Of a stretch of DNA of 64,000 nt, positions 35,235-45,091 are shown in pieces. Location: NCBI GenBank assembly GCA_020351995.1, contig CP070674.1, positions 1,413,307 to 1,477,306 of the forward strand. Direction: 5' to 3'. The position numbers were made by a program, and so were the translations under genes. The notes under the pieces are model-generated. The model did not search any database. It was given only the letters and a program-made list of their open reading frames with translations, and had not been told where the DNA came from. Source of the DNA: Candidatus Zixiibacteriota bacterium. GTDB taxonomy: Bacteria; Zixibacteria; MSB-5A5; GN15; FEB-12. The first letter of the stretch is position 1, and every line of letters starts with the position of its first letter.

Positions 35235-37541
35235 TTAATCGAAAGTATAGAGTTCAGCTATTAGACGGTCGCGGTGAAGGAAGCCCAGCGAAAATCTGAG
35301 CGCGTCAGTCAACCGTGGCGCAGCTCGACAACAGTAGTAAAGGTCCGCCTTCTTCCATTTGTAACTGGGTGGGTCAGGATAGAAATCGAAACTGAGTTCC
35401 TTACCGGTTTCGCCCCGAACCTGAAGCGATATTTTGAGGGTGTCGTCAAGATCATACCGCGGCTGAAAACAGAAAAGGAAATACGTTGAGTCGTTGTCAT
35501 TAACCACAAAACCTGCAGGCATGGAAATACTGTCACCGAAATCGATAGCTCTGTCCGTAATACGCCTCCAATCCTTCATACCAGTGCCAAGGTATTCACT
35601 GACAAGTGTTTGTCCGTCCGGATCGAGAAAAGTTTGCAGGTGGGCAGCTCTGACTAGAAAAGCCAGACTATCCCTTTGCGAGGTGAAGCGCGGACTGGTC
35701 CACTCAATACCCTGCACATCCGGAATGTCCACGACTTTGTACCGGCAAGGCACGCCAACGTTCTGAAACAGGCGGGTGTCCGAAACCACGGCCTGATCGA
35801 TCCTGAAGATCCTCGTGGTGAAACGATTAGGGTAATTACTCAGATTAGCATATACCTCCAGATTCCGACCCTGCTTACGCGGCAGATAGTAGTCAACCGT
35901 ATCGAAAACGTTGTGTCGAAGACCAATATTGAATAAACAAGGATCTGACAGGTCATGAAGAAGATAAAGCAGATTGTGCCTCTCCAGATACTCACACGCG
36001 GGATGACCATAATGCTCATTACGGGCTATGAATGTGTACACCGGATGAAAAGAGAATATCCAGTCGTAGCCGGACAGAGCTACTCTGCCTGTTATATCAG
36101 CACTCAACTCGTCCTCCAGCGGCACGGGTGGCAGGGTCGTTTTCCGGGCGACCTGGATGTCCTTATCGGTGGTATGCGCGTGAAAATTGTGGATGAAGAC
36201 GAGCAGAAGAACCGCCGCCAGTACGACCATGACGTTGTTTCTTCTGTTCCTCCATATGTTGGACCTTACAAGTGCCGCCGCAGCCAGACCGATGAAAGGT
36301 CCGCCGGCCATGGCGACGAACTCCCTCGATTTCACCAGATTGATCGGCCTGTCGATATAACCAAGCAACGAGCCCGCCAGAAAATATACAACCACGCTTC
36401 CTATCAACAGGAGCAATCCTTTGTGAAGTGAGCGGCGGGAGCGACGTAATGAAAAGATCAGTGCGGCCAGAAACAAAATTCCCGGTAGCGTGAACTCCAC
36501 AAAGGGAAAATCCAGTCCCGGCGATCCCAGGTGATGCCAGCCGCCGCGGGAGCGGTCTATCCCGTTTTCAATGATGGATCTCAGAACCGGAAACCAGTAG
36601 ATAGCACTGACCAACGCCGATACCGCGAGTACGCCGAGAGCATTCACAAATCTGAAGGGATGATTATCCTTTAAGAAAGTCCACCCCCTCAGTATTGTCG
36701 TTCTGATCAGTAGGAGAAATGCGCCTATGAAAAAAGGATAGAAATATGTCATGAACAAACAGCCCCCGATCAATCCTCCCGCCAGATAGTATTTCCAGTT
36801 GCTCCTGGGCCGTCTCACCCGCTCAATATAGTAGAGCCACCAGGGGACGAATAATGTGTTGGCGAGAAATGCATGCGGAGCCTTGAACGGGAATATAGCC
36901 GGCAACGAACAGAACAAGTAGGTCGCGAAGGTGACCATGATGGCTTGAAACGGGGTCACGAGCCTTCGCCACATGTAATAAAGCAGGAAAGGACCGATCA
37001 GGTAAATCCCCATCGAAGCGATTTTGACCATCTTGTAGTTCTCAACCGAAAACAACCGGGAATAGAGTGAGAGAAGATAGTAGACCACGGGAGGATAGAA
37101 CGCCGGCAGATCTCGGTAATAAAAATCTCCAAGATGCTTGAATGTCGCGAATTTCAGAATCATGGTCATCCGGAATCCCTGATCGCCGGAGTAACCGTTG
37201 AGTCCAAACGGCGTGCCATCAAACATTAAGCTAACTGTAATAAAACCATACAGTGAAAATGCAATTGCCAGTAAGAACGATTTCAGCCTCCAGCTGACCC
37301 TGGCCACCCAGAGTGTTATAACAATCAAGAAGAACGACAGACCCCAGGCATCAAGCAGAATGAGGTCTCTGATCAGGACGTCTTCGTGAAAAACCTTTGG
37401 GACGTGCGAATATCGGAAAAGATAGAGGGCAAAATAAAGATATCCTATCGCCAGGATTAGTGGCAGAACCGTCACTTGAGCCTGCAGCTTCTGTTTAAGG
37501 GATGCCGTCCAGCGAAAACGACTCTTATTCATCGCCCTCAT
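35235..37541 (-). CDS. Large polytopic membrane protein, probable GT-C-fold glycosyltransferase (AftA-like by recollection)
   Basis: 768 aa with more than 10 TM segments in the first about 440 aa and a C-terminal soluble domain. The block YSGDQGFRMTMILKF...YYRDLPAFYPPVVYYL resembles the N-terminal motif I recall from mycobacterial arabinofuranosyltransferase AftA. Unverified. Confidence 0.55.
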   Translation of the reverse strand: MRAMNKSRFRWTASLKQKLQAQVTVLPLILAIGYLYFALYLFRYSHVPKVFHEDVLIRDLILLDAWGLSFFLIVITLWVARVSWRLKSFLLAIAFSLYGFITVSLMFDGTPFGLNGYSGDQGFRMTMILKFATFKHLGDFYYRDLPAFYPPVVYYLLSLYSRLFSVENYKMVKIASMGIYLIGPFLLYYMWRRLVTPFQAIMVTFATYLFCSLPAIFPFKAPHAFLANTLFVPWWLYYIERVRRPRSNWKYYLAGGLIGGCLFMTYFYPFFIGAFLLLIRTTILRGWTFLKDNHPFRFVNALGVLAVSALVSAIYWFPVLRSIIENGIDRSRGGWHHLGSPGLDFPFVEFTLPGILFLAALIFSLRRSRRSLHKGLLLLIGSVVVYFLAGSLLGYIDRPINLVKSREFVAMAGGPFIGLAAAALVRSNIWRNRRNNVMVVLAAVLLLVFIHNFHAHTTDKDIQVARKTTLPPVPLEDELSADITGRVALSGYDWIFSFHPVYTFIARNEHYGHPACEYLERHNLLYLLHDLSDPCLFNIGLRHNVFDTVDYYLPRKQGRNLEVYANLSNYPNRFTTRIFRIDQAVVSDTRLFQNVGVPCRYKVVDIPDVQGIEWTSPRFTSQRDSLAFLVRAAHLQTFLDPDGQTLVSEYLGTGMKDWRRITDRAIDFGDSISMPAGFVVNDNDSTYFLFCFQPRYDLDDTLKISLQVRGETGKELSFDFYPDPPSYKWKKADLYYCCRAAPRLTDALRFSLGFLHRDRLIAELYTFD

Positions 37542-37761
37542 CCCGCATTATCGAATGCCGCATTTCATCACCCTGATATATAAAATTCGCCCTTCTTGGT
37601 TAAAACACTTTTGGACTGTGGCTGGAGGAGACAGGGGTCGTATTCGCGCCACACCAATTTCACAAAAGTAAACTCCCTTCACTTAATGCTGTCAAGAAAA
37701 TACTTACCTCAATCTGTACTGCAGCCTCATGCCGCCCGGAACTGGCCACTGAGTTTAACGC

Positions 37762-37790
37762 TTGACAGAATCACCGGCGATCAGTAATCT
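37762..37790 (+). promoter_or_regulatory. Promoter candidate TTGACA-N17-TAATCT for the 37961.. operon
   Basis: Hexamers and spacer read by eye. Lies about 170 nt upstream of the small ORF. Confidence 0.35.
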
Positions 37791-37960
37791 ACTGTGCAAT
37801 GGTTGCTACGCCGGTTAACTTTAATCAGCGACACCCTCGGCGCCGGTCTGCAATCTGGAATCGATTGACATATAATGCCAGCGATGGCGGCTTACTATTG
37901 ACGCCTTGGTATTCGCCCCGCACAAGAACAGTTGCCGAAAGGGAGGAGAGTAATAGATTG

Positions 37961-38191
37961 ATGACGCGAAGAATAATCTACATCACACTGGCCTCAGGGG
38001 TGATAGTAATAACAATGCCCGACCATGCCCACGCTTATATAGACCCATCAACTGGCAGCTATATTCTGCAGATCCTGCTCGCGGGACTACTTGGTGCTCT
38101 CTTCACTCTCAAAATCTTTTGGAGAAATATCAAGGGATTCTTATCCAGATTTCTCGGTAAAGACAGACAGCACGATGTCGGAGCAGACTGA
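37961..38191 (+). CDS. Small membrane protein (76 aa): signal-like segment + IDPSTGS motif + TM + basic tail
   Basis: A GGGAGGAGAG RBS lies 10 nt upstream of ATG 37961. Sequence: MTRRIIYITLASGVIVITMPDHAHAYIDPSTGSYILQILLAGLLGALFTLKIFWRNIKGFLSRFLGK... The 3' end overlaps the methyltransferase start by 17 nt. Confidence 0.5.
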   Translation: MTRRIIYITLASGVIVITMPDHAHAYIDPSTGSYILQILLAGLLGALFTLKIFWRNIKGFLSRFLGKDRQHDVGAD

Positions 38192-39560
38192 AAATCAAGT
38201 CAACGGTTCCTTTCGCGACCCCAGTGGATTCGTATTCTCAAGATCCGGGACTCTGTACCGTCAGGTCAATGCATGCTACAGCCAAAATTATGATCTCTTG
38301 ATGGATTCAGGGCTGTACGCAAGACTTGTGAAAGATAAGCTGCTCGTGGCTCACGAGGAGATCGAAGACCACAGTGAGCGTAAGGAACAGGTCTACAGGG
38401 TCTTAAAGCCGACGCGGGTCAACTTCATATCATACCCGTTTGAGTGGTGCTTCGGCCAATTGAAGGATGCTGCCCTGGCAACACTTGGAATTCAACAGCG
38501 AGCAATGGAATATGGAATGGTGCTGAAGGACGCCAGCGCCTACAATATTCAGTTCGTTGAGGGAAATCCCCTACTGATTGACACGCTGTCCTTTGATCGA
38601 TACGAAGAAGGCCATCCCTGGATTGCGTATAAGCAGTTCTGCCAGCATTTCCTGGCGCCGTTAACACTCATGAAATATTGCGACGTCAGGCTGGGTCAGA
38701 TGCTGCGAACCCATCTGGACGGGATACCGCTCGATTTGACCAGTAGCCTGCTACCGAGAAAGACCTGGCTATCTTTCCCACTGTTAACCAATATTCACCT
38801 TCATGCCAGGAGTCAGATAAAGTACGCGTCGAAGTCCCGCGGCACCAGAGTAAATGGGATGAGTCGCCGGGCTCTTATGGGACTTATCGATACCCTTCTC
38901 TCCGCCGTTAAGCGTCTCAGTTGGCAGATAAAAAATAGTACCTGGGCCGACTATTACGAAAACACCAACTACGAGATCCAGGCGCTTGAGCAGAAAGAGA
39001 AATTGGTTGCCGATTTCCTCGATCTTATTAAACCCAAATTGGTTTGGGATTTGGGCGCGAACACCGGCCGCTTCAGTCGTATAGCGGCCCGCAGAGGAAT
39101 AAACACTATAGCTTTCGACTTTGACCCGGCCGCTGTCGAGATCAATTATCGCGAGTGCCGGAAAAACTCGGACACCAGGGTCCTTCCACTGGTGATCGAT
39201 CTAACCAACCCCAGTCCCGGGATTGGCTGGGAACACAGAGAGAGGATGTCACTTATCGACCGCGGTCCTGCTGACTGCGCCATGGCACTGGCCCTGATAC
39301 ACCACCTCGCCATAGGCAACAATTTGCCCCTGGGTCGAATAGCTCGATTCCTCCGTTCAATCTGCAGCACGCTGATAATAGAATTTGTCCCTAAGGAAGA
39401 TTCGCAGGTGCAGCGATTGCTCAGGTCGCGCGAAGACATCTTCCCACAATACACCCCTTCCGGCTTCGAGCGCAGTTTTGAGCCTTTCTTCTCAATCGAA
39501 AAAAAAGCCGGCATCTCCGACAGCAGCAGATCCTTATACTATATGAAGGCAAGGCCCTGA
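38175..39560 (+). CDS. Class I SAM-dependent methyltransferase (461 aa, long N-terminal extension)
   Basis: SAM-binding block VWDLGANTGRFSRIAARRGINTIAFDFD and N-terminal FRDPSGFVF motif. I chose ATG 38175 (MSEQTENQ...) rather than the ORF-track start at 38091. Confidence 0.8.
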   Translation: MSEQTENQVNGSFRDPSGFVFSRSGTLYRQVNACYSQNYDLLMDSGLYARLVKDKLLVAHEEIEDHSERKEQVYRVLKPTRVNFISYPFEWCFGQLKDAALATLGIQQRAMEYGMVLKDASAYNIQFVEGNPLLIDTLSFDRYEEGHPWIAYKQFCQHFLAPLTLMKYCDVRLGQMLRTHLDGIPLDLTSSLLPRKTWLSFPLLTNIHLHARSQIKYASKSRGTRVNGMSRRALMGLIDTLLSAVKRLSWQIKNSTWADYYENTNYEIQALEQKEKLVADFLDLIKPKLVWDLGANTGRFSRIAARRGINTIAFDFDPAAVEINYRECRKNSDTRVLPLVIDLTNPSPGIGWEHRERMSLIDRGPADCAMALALIHHLAIGNNLPLGRIARFLRSICSTLIIEFVPKEDSQVQRLLRSREDIFPQYTPSGFERSFEPFFSIEKKAGISDSSRSLYYMKARP

Positions 39561-39561
39561 C

Positions 39562-41526
39562 ATGAAACACAAACTACCCGTACATCCAATTCTGTTCTGC
39601 ATTTTTCCCGTGCTCTTTCTTTATGCCCAGAACGCCACTGAGATGGAACTTGGTGACCTGATATTACCGCTTCTGCTCATCTGCGCCAGTACCGTGGCAC
39701 TCACCGTTGTTATCGGCCTTTTGTTGCGCTCTCTTATGAAAGGCGCTCTGCTCTCCACGGTGATAGTCTTTCTGTTCTTTTCGTTTGGGCATGCCGTAAA
39801 AATTATTCCCGAGTTCACACACCAGATGGCGGAATCCGTTTTCGGGCCAAGTTTGCTGGTACTGATAACCTTTATAGTCATCATTTACCTGACATCTCGA
39901 ATCATCTCACGGACACGCCGAGACCTCGGTTCCGCTACAGCGTGCCTGAATTGGCTCGGCACACTGCTGGTAATTTTTCAGGTCGTTCACATAGGGTTAA
40001 CGGTAGTTCCACGCCAGAGTAACCCAGCCAATACGGATGAGACAAAGATCTGGACGGAGAATGCAGGCAGAACAGCTACCGCTCCCCAGAACTCCTATCC
40101 CGACATTTACTATATTGTACTGGACGGCTATGGCCGTAGTGACATCCTCCGCGAAATATTTGCCTTCGACAACTCCGATTTTATTGACCGACTTCGCCAA
40201 CTGGGCTTCTATGTAGCAGATAGCAGTTATGCCAATTACCCACAAACGATATCTTCCCTTGGCGCATCATTGAACATGGCTTATGTCGATGATCTGGGAA
40301 GCTTTCTACGGACCTCCGGGGACAGGGTCCCGCTGATGAACAAACTTCAGAAAAATGCAGTGGTCAAGTATCTAAGAGAGGCCGGCTATGTCGTGGTCTC
40401 ATTTGAATCCGGGTACAGCGCCACCAAAATGAAAGAAGCTGACACGGTCCTTTCACCGGATTGGAGTTCCAGTGAATATCAGAATATTCTTCTTTCTACA
40501 ACGCCTCTTCCGCTATTCGCTGAAAGCCGACAATCACCGTTTTTCCAGCATAGACAGCGCATTCGGTATATTATGGACAAGCTGGCGGTCCTATCAGGTA
40601 TGAACTTCCCGAAGTTTGTTTTCGCCCATGTCGTTTCCCCTCACCCGCCATTTGTGTTCGATGCGGACGGCAGTCCGGTAAGACCCAAACGTGAATGGTC
40701 CCTTAACGACGGTTCGCACTTGATAAAGGACTCTCTGGACAGGATCGAATACATTGATGGGTACAGACGTCAGATCACACACATGACACAGGTAATTTTG
40801 GAGACAGTAACGGAGATACTCGAAGTGTCCGGTGATAACCCGCCGGTGATTATCCTCCAGTCCGACCACGGACCCGGCTCCGGACTTAACTGGTATTATG
40901 CCCGACAGACCAACCTTCGTGAACGCCTCTCTATTCTTAATGCCTATTATATTCCGGGCCTTCAACCCGGTGTCATTTACGATGAGATCACCCCGGTGAA
41001 CACCTTCCGTATAGTGTTGAACAAGTGTTTCGGTGCCAATCTGGATCTCTTACCGGATAAACACTTCTACGCATCATGGAATCAACCCTACACCTTTCAA
41101 CCCGTTTCAAAGCTGTTAGGCGGCAGCGCATACGAGCATCTATTGAAGCAATATTCGTACCTCTGCCCCGATACCGTGGCTGCGGAGGAATTACTTGAGC
41201 CCGTCCAGTACGATGCTAGAATAAACGACGAAAATATACATTTCATGTGCGAGGCAGGACTATGTATAGCGTTCAATTTCAAGCAGCGGACTTCACGATT
41301 TGAAGTCAGCATTGACTATGACGACGATTACGAGTTTCAGTTTCGAGCCGGACAGAAGGTATTGGCTGTCGATACGGTACGTCATAGGTGGATTAAGGCG
41401 AAGGGGATCCGCATTGATACTGTATTGGTGCCCCAGGATGCCTCAAAGCATGGCTTCGACAATATTGTCATATACCCCTCCGGTGGCAATGGCTGGTACG
41501 CCATTGGACATCTCATGCCAATCTAG
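39562..41526 (+). CDS. Membrane-anchored alkaline-phosphatase-superfamily transferase (LtaS/sulfatase-fold)
   Basis: 654 aa with about 5 N-terminal TM segments. Then DIYYIVLDGYGRSD (metal-binding Asp), YPQTISSLGASL (candidate Thr nucleophile), VVSPHPPF and ILQSDHGPG. Confidence 0.75.
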   Translation: MKHKLPVHPILFCIFPVLFLYAQNATEMELGDLILPLLLICASTVALTVVIGLLLRSLMKGALLSTVIVFLFFSFGHAVKIIPEFTHQMAESVFGPSLLVLITFIVIIYLTSRIISRTRRDLGSATACLNWLGTLLVIFQVVHIGLTVVPRQSNPANTDETKIWTENAGRTATAPQNSYPDIYYIVLDGYGRSDILREIFAFDNSDFIDRLRQLGFYVADSSYANYPQTISSLGASLNMAYVDDLGSFLRTSGDRVPLMNKLQKNAVVKYLREAGYVVVSFESGYSATKMKEADTVLSPDWSSSEYQNILLSTTPLPLFAESRQSPFFQHRQRIRYIMDKLAVLSGMNFPKFVFAHVVSPHPPFVFDADGSPVRPKREWSLNDGSHLIKDSLDRIEYIDGYRRQITHMTQVILETVTEILEVSGDNPPVIILQSDHGPGSGLNWYYARQTNLRERLSILNAYYIPGLQPGVIYDEITPVNTFRIVLNKCFGANLDLLPDKHFYASWNQPYTFQPVSKLLGGSAYEHLLKQYSYLCPDTVAAEELLEPVQYDARINDENIHFMCEAGLCIAFNFKQRTSRFEVSIDYDDDYEFQFRAGQKVLAVDTVRHRWIKAKGIRIDTVLVPQDASKHGFDNIVIYPSGGNGWYAIGHLMPI

Positions 41527-41584
41527 TCTTCCCTATAACCCGGGGGTGACCGCTTCCGGTATTGAGTAGCATCGGAGCCCCCAC

Positions 41585-41611
41585 AAAAAAACCGCCCCCA
41601 AAAGAGGGCGG
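41585..41611 (-). terminator. Intrinsic terminator after rpoD
   Basis: On the minus strand, CCGCCC-tcttttgg-GGGCGG is followed by seven T. Confidence 0.75.
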
Positions 41612-41637
41612 CTCAATGTCCTAAAAGCAAACTAATC

Positions 41638-42492
41638 TCAGTTCAGGTAGGCCCGTAGCGAACGGCTGCGCGAAGCATGCCGAAGTCGACGAATGGCCTT
41701 CTCCTTAATCTGCCGCACCCGCTCACGGGTCAGCGAAAAACGCGCGCCAATCTCCTCGAGCGTCAGCGGCTTCTCGTGATTAAGCCCAAAATACAGATTG
41801 ATAACCTCGGCCTCGCGCGGAGTCAGCGAGTCAAGGGCTTTCTCGATCTCGAGCTTGAGCGAGCCGCTCAGCAAAGCCTCGTCCGGAGACGGCTGGTACT
41901 CATCTTCGAGCACATCAATAAGTGAATTATCCTCCGAAGATGAAAACGGCGCGTCCAGCGACAGGTGCGAGTTCGATATCTTCAGCGTGTCCGATACCTC
42001 ACCTTCCGACAACTCCAGCTCTTTGGCAATTTCTTTGGGCGAGGGAATTCGTCCCAACCCCTGCTCTAACTGGCTGGACACCTTGCCGATCTTGTGAAGC
42101 GTTCCGACACGGTTCAACGGCAGGCGCACAATGCGGCTCTGTTCCGCAAGCGCCTGAAGGATCGCCTGGCGAATCCACCAGACGGCGTAACTGATGAACT
42201 TGAACCCGCGGGTCTCGTCAAATCGCTTGGCCGCCTTGATCAATCCGATATTACCCTCGTTAATCAAGTCCGCCAGCGAAAGCCCCTGGTTCTGATACTG
42301 TTTTGCCACCGATACAACGAAGCGCAAATTGGCCTTGGTCAATTTCTCCAGGGCTCTCTTATCGCCCTGCTTTATACGTCGTGCCAGGCGCACTTCCTCA
42401 TCGGCGCTGATGAGAGGTGTTTCCCCGATCTCACGCAAATAAAGGTCTAACGACCTGTCTTCGTCGCGATACTTTAGGGATTGTTTAGCCAC
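41638..42492 (-). CDS. rpoD: Primary-like RNA polymerase sigma-70 factor (short form lacking region 1.1)
   Basis: 284 aa. Region 2 reads [12 protein letters not shown]...[17 protein letters not shown]...[13 protein letters not shown]. Region 4.2 reads [32 protein letters not shown] start with a GGAAGGAG RBS. Confidence 0.9.
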   Translation of the reverse strand: MAKQSLKYRDEDRSLDLYLREIGETPLISADEEVRLARRIKQGDKRALEKLTKANLRFVVSVAKQYQNQGLSLADLINEGNIGLIKAAKRFDETRGFKFISYAVWWIRQAILQALAEQSRIVRLPLNRVGTLHKIGKVSSQLEQGLGRIPSPKEIAKELELSEGEVSDTLKISNSHLSLDAPFSSSEDNSLIDVLEDEYQPSPDEALLSGSLKLEIEKALDSLTPREAEVINLYFGLNHEKPLTLEEIGARFSLTRERVRQIKEKAIRRLRHASRSRSLRAYLN

Positions 42493-42579
42493 AGTCTAAG
42501 ACTTACTCCTTCCATCATATATACTGTTGGTGACCGCCTTTATGCAGTCGTAATATCAAAAAACGCCAATTTTCTTACT

Positions 42580-44082
42580 CTATGGCCGAATCACCTTTCG
42601 GGCAACGGTGCCATCGGGCTCCACGACTATCAAAGCCACTCGCTCCTTGACAGGCAGTTCCCGGCTGATGCGGTCAATATCTTCAATCGACGAAACCGAC
42701 TTATTATTCACCTGCACGATCACCGTTCCCATGGAAATCGACGACCGGTCGGCTGGTCCGCCCCGGGCAACTCGGCGCACATAGACACCGTCAATTCGCT
42801 CGACTGCCAGCGCCTGGGCAACCGCTTCCGTAAACGTCACCAGTTCCATCCCCAGCCAACTTTTAACCTCAAGATTACCTGAGGCATCCCCCTCTGTCGA
42901 GCCGTCCATGGAGGCCAGGAAACTGTCTCGGTCACCGATCACCGTCTTCAAGGTCATCCTTTTACCGTTGCGCACAATCTCTACCGGATAGGGTTGACCG
43001 GCGCGCAACTGCGAAACCGCCACCGAAAGCTGGCTGATGTTGTCAACCGGATGATTATCCACACTCAGTATGATATCACCGGCCTTTATACCAGCCCGCT
43101 CCGCCGGAGAGTTCGCAAAAACAGAATCGATCTTCACACCACGCATGGCATCCAAACCCTGGCGCCGCGCCTCCTGTTCCGTCAGATTGCCCAGAATCAC
43201 ACCAAGCCATCCCCGGCTGACTTTGCCGGTAGCAATCAAATCGGGTACCACCGTCCGGGCCAGATTGATCGGAATCGCGAATCCAATTCCCACCGAGCCG
43301 CCCGTGGGACTGGAGATAGCCGCGTTGACCCCGATGCACTCGCCGCGAATATTGAGCAACGGACCCCCGGAATTCCCCAGGTTGATCGAGGCATCGGTCT
43401 GAATATAATCCTGATAGGTCGGTGTTTCCCGCCGACCGAAATTCAGGTTGCTTCGACCCTTGGCCGAGACCACACCCACCGTCACGGATCGAAATAGACC
43501 CTGCTCAGGAAAAGGATTACCGATAGCGATCGCCCAACTTCCGACTTTGATGGCTTCCGAGTCGCCGAAAGGTATAACTGTTATCTGCTCTTCCGGTTCA
43601 ATCTTTATCACGGCCAGGTCTGTCAGCGGGTCAGCACCGACCAACCGCGCCTCATACTGATAACCGCTGGCTGTCGTTACATTGATCTGCTGGGACCCCT
43701 CAATGACATGGTTGTTGGTGAGAATGTAACCGTCATCGCGAAAGAAGAAGCCCGAACCCGCCGACGTTGAATAAGACGGGCCATGATGCCACCACGGTAA
43801 ATCCTCCAGCTTGGTACGAGCCGATATGTGAACAACCGCCTGCTGGGCATTCTCGACCACCGCTACGAAAGGCGACTCCAGATCACCGCCGACATTTACC
43901 ACCGGATAAGCCAGAAATGAATCAGGATCCACGGGATCCTGGGCCACCGATTTGGTGGTCAGGTCGAGGTTGGAGGAGATAATAATCCCCGCGACGAGGC
44001 AAACGGCCGCGACGATTATGACAACAAGAAAGCGTTGCCCCCTGGATGCGCTGTTTTCAGGGGAGAGAGAGCGCGAGTTCAA
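42580..44082 (-). CDS. htrA: HtrA/DegP-family periplasmic serine protease with two PDZ domains
   Basis: 500 aa. The catalytic triad context is intact: TNNHVIEG, LTDLAVIKIE and GNSGGPLLN. TTG start in the ORF track, so the start is uncertain. Confidence 0.9.
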   Translation of the reverse strand: MNSRSLSPENSASRGQRFLVVIIVAAVCLVAGIIISSNLDLTTKSVAQDPVDPDSFLAYPVVNVGGDLESPFVAVVENAQQAVVHISARTKLEDLPWWHHGPSYSTSAGSGFFFRDDGYILTNNHVIEGSQQINVTTASGYQYEARLVGADPLTDLAVIKIEPEEQITVIPFGDSEAIKVGSWAIAIGNPFPEQGLFRSVTVGVVSAKGRSNLNFGRRETPTYQDYIQTDASINLGNSGGPLLNIRGECIGVNAAISSPTGGSVGIGFAIPINLARTVVPDLIATGKVSRGWLGVILGNLTEQEARRQGLDAMRGVKIDSVFANSPAERAGIKAGDIILSVDNHPVDNISQLSVAVSQLRAGQPYPVEIVRNGKRMTLKTVIGDRDSFLASMDGSTEGDASGNLEVKSWLGMELVTFTEAVAQALAVERIDGVYVRRVARGGPADRSSISMGTVIVQVNNKSVSSIEDIDRISRELPVKERVALIVVEPDGTVARKVIRP

Positions 44083-44420
44083 CTAAACCAATCCTCCAGA
44101 CACTTAGCCTTACATAATACGTAATTGCGGTAATGTAGTCAAGAGAAATATCCCGGCTTCCATTGCCTAATACTTTAAACGCAACAGAAATACGATTGAT
44201 TCAAAAAATTTTCCCCATATTTAAGCCTCGCTTTATCAACAACTTATGTCAAACCACGGTATTCTCCGGCCAAACCCTTGCCAGCCTCACAGATAACTCA
44301 AACCTGGCACTAAGTTGCTGACCTACAATAAATTAAGGCTTGAGCGACACTGCCGGGGTGTCGGGCGTCATGCTTAGTGGTTGACTTTCCCTGAATCAGC
44401 GTCTAACTTCCACTACGATT

Positions 44421-45089
44421 ATGGCGCTACCCACTAATTTTGTTGACGAAATGATCGAAGTCGGCCGGCTGTTGTATGACCGCGGCCTGATCGCAGGTAC
44501 CGAGGGCAATATCTCTGTCCGTCTTGATGAACAGCGAATACTGATCACGCCGTCAGGTCTGCCCAAGGGCCGTCTTACGGCCGACGACCTGGTAGTTGTG
44601 GACAGCGAAGGTCGCCAGCTGGAGGGACGCAAAGCCGCCTCATCCGAACTACCCATGCACCTGAAAGTTTATAAGAAGCGGTCGGAAGTCAATGCCTGCG
44701 TGCACTCGCACGCCCCTTACGCCACCTCGTTCGCAGTAGCGGGCGTGGAACTTACCGGCAACATCCTTCCCGAGGTCGTCCTGTTTGTCGGTTCTATATC
44801 ACTGACCGACTACGCCCCGCCCGGTACCGATGCCGTGGGTGACTCACTCGAACCCTTTATCGGCGAAAGCACAGCCTTCCTGCTCAGGAACCACGGCCTT
44901 TTGACTATCGGAAGGGATTTGCGGGAGGCTTTTTACAGACACGAAACCGTTGAGCAGTATGCCCGAATCATTCACCATGCCCGCCAGTTGGGCAATATCG
45001 ATTCGATACCTCCGGAGGATGTTGCCAGACTCGAGCGAATTCGCCGGCGCATGGGACCCGACCCGGCCGGTCAGCAGCGAGACCTATAA
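44421..45089 (+). CDS. Class II aldolase/adducin-family protein
   Basis: 222 aa. Motifs: GTEGNISVR, ILITPSG, the metal ligands in CVHSHAPYAT, and LLRNHGLLTIG. Confidence 0.8.
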   Translation: MALPTNFVDEMIEVGRLLYDRGLIAGTEGNISVRLDEQRILITPSGLPKGRLTADDLVVVDSEGRQLEGRKAASSELPMHLKVYKKRSEVNACVHSHAPYATSFAVAGVELTGNILPEVVLFVGSISLTDYAPPGTDAVGDSLEPFIGESTAFLLRNHGLLTIGRDLREAFYRHETVEQYARIIHHARQLGNIDSIPPEDVARLERIRRRMGPDPAGQQRDL

Positions 45090-45091
45090 AC

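Noticed and set aside
37865-37876. Perfect TTGACA immediately followed by a perfect TATAAT.
   Set aside because: The two hexamers are juxtaposed with no spacer and so cannot act together as a promoter. The TATAAT could only work with a poor -35 (CTGCAA) 17 nt upstream.
44305-44319. Sigma-54-like element cTGGCACtaagTTGCTg upstream of the class II aldolase operon.
   Set aside because: GG and GC are separated by 9 nt, not the invariant 10 (the element reads TGGCAC-N4-TTGC instead of N5). Sigma-54 spacing is strict, and no enhancer-binding protein is nearby.
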